A program made the position numbers and the translations under genes. Below the pieces are notes generated by a model. The model searched no databases, was not told the DNA's origin, and worked only from the letters and a program-made list of their open reading frames with translations. A stretch of DNA of 11,130 nucleotides, taken from NCBI GenBank assembly GCA_016926735.1, contig JAFGOA010000051.1, forward strand, positions 1 to 11,130. The letters are read 5' to 3'. The stretch comes from Promethearchaeota archaeon. GTDB taxonomy: Archaea > Asgardarchaeota > Lokiarchaeia > Sigyniarchaeales > SOKP01. The stretch's first letter is position 1. Each line of letters begins with the position of its first letter. This document shows positions 7,371 through 11,130 of the stretch, piece by piece.

Positions 7371-7499
7371 AACCGCAGAGGACGCAGACTTGTACTGATC
7401 CCTTCGACAAGCTCAGGACAGGCCTGTCAAAGTAGAGCACAGAGATTTTAGATTATTATAAGAGAAATACTCTCTGCGATCTCCGCGTTCTCTGCGGTT
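7371..7499. repeat. GC-rich REP/MITE-like inverted repeat with a nested insertion in the left arm
   Basis: The left arm (7371-7388 + 7435-7445), AACCGCAGAGGACGCAGA|GAGCACAGAGA, matches the reverse complement of the right arm 7471-7499 (AACCGCAGAGAACGCGGAGATCGCAGAGA) at 25/29 once the 46 nt at 7389-7434 are removed. Confidence 0.85.
7389..7434. mobile_element. Two nested 23-nt sibling elements (CTGAGC-N-TGTCRAAG family) in opposite orientations
   Basis: Outer unit CTTGTACTGA|GCCTGTCAAAGTA (7389-7398 + 7422-7434). The inner unit 7399-7421 has reverse complement CTGTCCTGAGCTTGTCGAAGGGA, about 17/23 identical to the rejoined outer unit. Mobility is inferred from the nesting. Confidence 0.6.
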
Positions 7500-7537
7500 T
7501 ATAATACAATTTAGTTTTTCAGTGAGATCTTAATTAT

Positions 7538-7566
7538 TTGACTTTATTCCTTATTAATGATATTTC
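7538..7566 (+). promoter_or_regulatory. Possible sigma70 promoter for the asparagine synthetase-asnS unit
   Basis: TTGACT (7538-7543), 17-nt spacer ending TGA, then TATTTC (weak -10). GGAG RBS at 7592-7595. Confidence 0.3.
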
Positions 7567-7602
7567 ATATAAAATTTTGTATTATTACTATGGAGAATAA
7601 AT

Positions 7603-8838
7603 ATGGAAGATAACATGAAATCTATAGGTGAAAGTCTTTATAATTTTCAAGCAGCTCTTAATCAAAATGGCAGTAATATTGAAGAATTTATTAAAGAAAA
7701 TTACAGCAACAAGTGGCTATCAGATACAATTTATCATGTCATGGCAATTCGAACTTCGTTTGTTAATTCCTTAAACCAATTTCTTGTTAATGAAGGTCTT
7801 TTTAATCTTGAAAAAGTTATGCTCAGTATAATTACAGATCCCCTTGCACATGACATTGAGCATACTCCAACAATAAAATATAAAGGTCATACATACGTAA
7901 CAACTCATAGTATGATTTATAATAAATTTTTAGCATGTTCAAATCCACAAATTAAGGGAGTTTATACTGATTCTCCAAATATACGTTTAGAATTGGAAAG
8001 TCCAAATAATATTCAAAGAGGAAGATATGCAATTGATTTTTCTCAGATGGACATTGAAATAAAAAGAAATAGAAATATCACATTAGAAGAATATTATAAC
8101 AATCAAAAAAAAGTTATGGATATACTTAATGAAGACATGGAAAAAATAAAAAATTTTTTTGAACGTATGCTTATATTCTCTATTGAAGAAATCAACAAAA
8201 AAAATAAAGATAATCTAAATAAACTTGGAGTAATATTAGAAGCTCCAGAAATTCCTTTTCCTTCTTATTATAGGGATGAAAGTATTAAACAATATGGGAC
8301 AAAAAATTATGAAGAGCTATTAGGAGAAAAAACAAAATCACAGTTTTTCTGGATTACTGGTTTAGCAAGAGAAAATTATGATCTAATTTATCCATATTTA
8401 TTAAAAGACAATAAAAAAATAGATCCATACAATATTAAATCAACAAATATATTTAATTATGATATTTTAGCTAAAAGCATAAATGCAAAAACAGGTAAAC
8501 ATTCTCCTGCAAAAGAAATATTATCTGGCGGTATAAGAGAATGGCTTTTTGAACCAATTGTTGAAAGAATAATTGATAATAAGGTTTTACCTTCCAAACC
8601 TGTAATTAGAAACGGCAATATTGAAAATATAAATGAACTTGGAGGTTACGGTCCATTCCTTTATTTTACGGCAATGAAAGATAAAAATAACAAGCAAATT
8701 TTCCCAGATACAATGGGCGGTGGTATTGGCATTGAAAGAACTCTATATTCTATTCTAAGAGGAGAAAAAATAGATAAAGTTGATGATGTGATGTATTTTG
8801 CAAAAAATCCAGATTCACATCCATTATACTTATTTTAA
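7603..8838 (+). CDS. Archaeal-type asparagine synthetase A (AsnRS2/AS-AR: class IIb aaRS catalytic core without anticodon-binding domain)
   Basis: No N-terminal OB fold. IITDPL and THSMIYNK, motif-2-like SPNIRLE...GRYAIDFSQMDIE, EILSGGIRE, and motif 3 GGGIGIERTL are hallmarks of the archaeal-type asparagine synthetase A family. GGAG RBS. Confidence 0.8.
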   Translation: MEDNMKSIGESLYNFQAALNQNGSNIEEFIKENYSNKWLSDTIYHVMAIRTSFVNSLNQFLVNEGLFNLEKVMLSIITDPLAHDIEHTPTIKYKGHTYVTTHSMIYNKFLACSNPQIKGVYTDSPNIRLELESPNNIQRGRYAIDFSQMDIEIKRNRNITLEEYYNNQKKVMDILNEDMEKIKNFFERMLIFSIEEINKKNKDNLNKLGVILEAPEIPFPSYYRDESIKQYGTKNYEELLGEKTKSQFFWITGLARENYDLIYPYLLKDNKKIDPYNIKSTNIFNYDILAKSINAKTGKHSPAKEILSGGIREWLFEPIVERIIDNKVLPSKPVIRNGNIENINELGGYGPFLYFTAMKDKNNKQIFPDTMGGGIGIERTLYSILRGEKIDKVDDVMYFAKNPDSHPLYLF

Positions 8839-8841
8839 TTT

Positions 8842-8866
8842 GGTACAACAGGCGTCCCACCTGTTG
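8842..8866 (+). repeat. GTA-type REP-like hairpin, copy 1
   Basis: GGTA-CAACAGG-CGTCCCA-CCTGTTG: 7-bp stem 8846-8852/8860-8866, immediately after the stop codon of the synthetase gene. Confidence 0.6.
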
Positions 8867-8871
8867 ATTGA

Positions 8872-8914
8872 TATTTACACCTATCAGGTTTCAAAAACCT
8901 GACAGATGTAAATA
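8872..8914. repeat. ACCTGTCAGGTTT-family palindrome, copy 1
   Basis: 20-bp arms TATTTACACCTATCAGGTTT / AAACCTGACAGATGTAAATA (18/20 complementary) with loop CAA. The same family recurs at 10950-11015. Confidence 0.8.
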
Positions 8915-8917
8915 AAA

Positions 8918-8946
8918 GGTAGGACAAACGTCTCGTCTGTCTTGCC
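8918..8946 (+). repeat. GTAG-type REP-like hairpin, copy 2
   Basis: GGTAGGACAAACG-TCT-CGTCTGTCTTGCC folds into a 13-position stem with G-U pairs and one mismatch. It aligns with 8842-8866 (shared GGTA..ACA..CGTC.C..CTGT). Confidence 0.6.
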
Positions 8947-8976
8947 ATTACTTATTTTTACTAATGGAGTTTAAAA

Positions 8977-10365
8977 ATGAAAGGTCTATTAATTAAAGAT
9001 ATTTTTCAAAAAAAACCTTTAAATAACGAAATCACTATTAAAGGCTGGATTAGGACAAAAAGAGAATCAAAAAATTTCTGTTTTACAGAAGTTAATGATG
9101 GATCCTGTATGAAAAATTTACAGGTTATTATTGATGACAATTTAGATAATTATAATGATATAATTCCTTTAATAACTACTGGTGCAAGCATAGAAATATC
9201 AGGTAATATTGTAGAATCTCCAGGTCAAAAACAAAGCATTGAACTTCATGCTACAAAAGTAAAAGTAATTGGAACAGCTCCAGCAGATGATTATGTTCTC
9301 CAAAAAAAACGGCATACTTTTGAATATTTAAGAACAATAGCACATCTTCGACCAAGAACCAATACATTCGGCGCTATAGCAAGAGTAAGAAATGCAATGA
9401 GTTATGCAATTCATAAATTTTTTCAAGAAAGAAATTTCATTTATGTACAGACACCAATAATTACATCAAGTGATTGTGAAGGTGCAGGAGAAATGTTTCA
9501 GGTTACAACACTTCCCATGGAAAATATCCCAATAAATGATAAAAAAATCGATTACTCGAAAGACTTTTTTAGCAAAAAAGCTTCTCTAACAGTAAGCGGA
9601 CAATTAGAAGGCGAAACTTATGCATGTGCATTAGGAAATATTTATACTTTTGGACCTACTTTTAGAGCAGAACATTCAAATACAACCAGACATCTGGCAG
9701 AATTCTGGATGATTGAACCAGAAATGGCTTTCTGCGATATTAATGAAAATATGGATACTGCAGAAGAATTTCTTAAATATATACTTACTTATGTATTGGA
9801 AAATTGTCCAGAAGATATGGACTTTTTCAACACCAGAATAGACAATACAATAATTAATAATTTACAAAATATTATAAAAGATAAATTTATTAGAATTAAA
9901 TACACTGAAGCAATTGAAGAACTGACAAAATCAAAAGTTGATTTTGAATTTCCAGTAAAATGGGGAATAGATCTTCAATCAGAGCATGAAAAATTTTTGA
10001 CTGAAAATGTTTATAAAAAGCCGGTTATTATTACGGATTATCCAAAAGAAATTAAAGCATTTTACATGAAAATGAATGATGATAATAAAACAGTAAGAGC
10101 TATGGATGTACTGGTACCGCGGTTAGGAGAAATTATTGGAGGCAGTGAAAGAGAAGATAATGAAAAAAAATTAATAAATCGAATTAAAGAAATGAACCTA
10201 AACCCGGATGATTATTGGTGGTATTTAGAATTAAGAAAATTTGGAAGCATACCTCATTCTGGATTTGGACTTGGTTTTGAAAGACTAATACAATTTATAA
10301 CTGGTATGCAAAATATTAGAGATGTAATACCATTTCCAAGAGCTTTTAAAAGTATTGATTTTTAA
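8977..10365 (+). CDS. asnS: Asparagine--tRNA ligase (AsnRS)
   Basis: N-terminal OB fold (GWIRTKR...NDGS...LQV), [23 protein letters not shown], motif 2 [28 protein letters not shown], motif 3 [16 protein letters not shown] at 8966-8969. Confidence 0.97.
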   Translation: MKGLLIKDIFQKKPLNNEITIKGWIRTKRESKNFCFTEVNDGSCMKNLQVIIDDNLDNYNDIIPLITTGASIEISGNIVESPGQKQSIELHATKVKVIGTAPADDYVLQKKRHTFEYLRTIAHLRPRTNTFGAIARVRNAMSYAIHKFFQERNFIYVQTPIITSSDCEGAGEMFQVTTLPMENIPINDKKIDYSKDFFSKKASLTVSGQLEGETYACALGNIYTFGPTFRAEHSNTTRHLAEFWMIEPEMAFCDINENMDTAEEFLKYILTYVLENCPEDMDFFNTRIDNTIINNLQNIIKDKFIRIKYTEAIEELTKSKVDFEFPVKWGIDLQSEHEKFLTENVYKKPVIITDYPKEIKAFYMKMNDDNKTVRAMDVLVPRLGEIIGGSEREDNEKKLINRIKEMNLNPDDYWWYLELRKFGSIPHSGFGLGFERLIQFITGMQNIRDVIPFPRAFKSIDF

Positions 10366-10385
10366 AATAATTTTTATAATTAAAC

Positions 10386-10934
10386 ATGAAAAAATTCTTT
10401 TTAAATTTAATATTAACTATATTATTTTTTTTAACTTTTAATATTTTCCCTCAACAACGTATTCCAATTATTATCTATTCTCAAAAAAATATCTTTAATA
10501 AAATTTCAAAAGATATAGCAAAAGTTTTTCCGGATAATGTTGAAATACTTGTTTATGATATTCCTCTATTAAACGGAGACGAAAAAATAAATAAAAAAAT
10601 AAATGATAATTTTTATAACATTATAACAACAAATCAATCAAAATTCAGTTATATTGCAAAATTTGAAAGGGATATTATTAAAGAAAATAATATTGATAAA
10701 GAATTTATAAAAAAACAAAGTGAACTGGATCTAATAGCTTTTGGAAATTTTTTAAATCTCGATGTTGTATTATTTTCATCTGCAACAATCATAGAAGATC
10801 AAACAAAAAAAATCTGGAATACTGATTTAAAAAAAATGGAATACAAAAAAATAATTCTTTTCCAGGGAGACTTTATCAGTACTGAGAATAATTTATCTAT
10901 ATTCAGATTTTCATATTATTTCTTATTGGATTAA
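10386..10934 (+). CDS. Exported hypothetical protein, possible CsgG/TolB-N/LpoB-like fold
   Basis: Signal peptide MKKFFLNLILTILFFLTFNIFP. The segment FERDIIKE...SELDLIAFGNFLNLDVVLFSSATI resembles the ER...a..iGk.l.aD.vl.gsi pattern of that fold. It starts 20 nt after the asnS stop. Confidence 0.55.
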   Translation: MKKFFLNLILTILFFLTFNIFPQQRIPIIIYSQKNIFNKISKDIAKVFPDNVEILVYDIPLLNGDEKINKKINDNFYNIITTNQSKFSYIAKFERDIIKENNIDKEFIKKQSELDLIAFGNFLNLDVVLFSSATIIEDQTKKIWNTDLKKMEYKKIILFQGDFISTENNLSIFRFSYYFLLD

Positions 10935-10949
10935 ATCTTAGACAACTTT

Positions 10950-11015
10950 ACACCTGTCAGGTTTTAAAAATCTGTTTTTAATACACTTGTCAGATTTTAA
11001 AAACCTGACAGGTGT
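10950..11015. repeat. Doubled ACCTGTCAGGTTT-family palindrome between convergent genes (probable bidirectional terminator)
   Basis: 10950-10974 ACACCTGTCAGGTTTTAAAAATCTG and 10991-11015 CAGATTTTAAAAACCTGACAGGTGT are a 24/25 inverted repeat. 10983-11015 is also a palindrome on its own. Confidence 0.8.
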
Positions 11016-11022
11016 TTATTAA

Positions 11023-11130
11023 TTACGATATCTTTTCGTTCAGCAACTCAATCTTTTTTGCAGAACCTGTTAACTCGTCAATATCTACTATTACTCCCTG
11101 CAAATATATTGATTCTTCAACTACTTTTGA
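11023..11130 (-). CDS. 3' end of a YmdB/TIGR00282-family metallophosphoesterase (partial)
   Basis: Not in the ORF track. Manual translation ...SKVVEESIYLQGVIVDIDELTGSAKKIELLNEKIS* (TAA at 11025-11023) resembles the C-terminus of B. subtilis-type YmdB (L.GV..DID..TgkA..Ier). Only 35 aa are visible. Confidence 0.65.
   Translation of the reverse strand, partial: SKVVEESIYLQGVIVDIDELTGSAKKIELLNEKIS

Noticed and set aside
7371-7499. CRISPR array or tRNA
   Set aside because: There are no regularly spaced direct repeats with unique spacers, no cloverleaf or T-loop motif, and no cas genes in the window.
7603-8838. asnS pseudogene/duplicate or EpmA (PoxA)
   Set aside because: The ORF is intact with its own RBS and is highly divergent from the adjacent AsnRS. 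Its motifs fit archaeal-type asparagine synthetase and lack the LysRS-like SPE/FRNEE signatures of EpmA.
8839-8976. T-box riboswitch upstream of asnS
   Set aside because: There is no T-box consensus (GGTGGNACCGCG) and no U-tailed terminator; the hairpins are better explained as repeats. The TGGTACCGCG at about 10112-10121 lies inside the asnS coding sequence and is coincidental.

Overview
AT-rich bacterial chromosomal window. A spirochaete-like host is plausible from the membrane-anchored TPR/Mrr-like protein and the lipoprotein signal, but this is inference only. The left part (1-7000) is a tightly packed minus-strand operon: class A penicillin-binding protein -> lipoprotein with three PPC/collagen-binding-like repeats -> membrane-anchored TPR protein with a degenerate C-terminal Mrr-like domain -> membrane GAF protein with no output domain -> small protein resembling a double-psi beta-barrel -> MacroD-type macrodomain -> xseB (cut by the window edge). 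The divergent region 7001-7602 holds an unannotated 48-aa Pro/Glu-rich ORF with its own sigma70 promoter and RBS. It also holds a GC-rich, three-level nested repeat: a 23-nt unit inserted in inverted orientation into a sibling 23-nt unit, itself inserted into one arm of a 29-bp inverted repeat. The right part (+ strand) encodes an archaeal-type asparagine synthetase A (AsnRS paralog lacking the anticodon domain) directly upstream of canonical asnS, then an exported hypothetical protein converging on the 3' end of a YmdB/TIGR00282-like metallophosphoesterase. REP-like palindromes lie at 8842-8946 and 10950-11015. No rRNA, tRNA, CRISPR array or transposase was seen.
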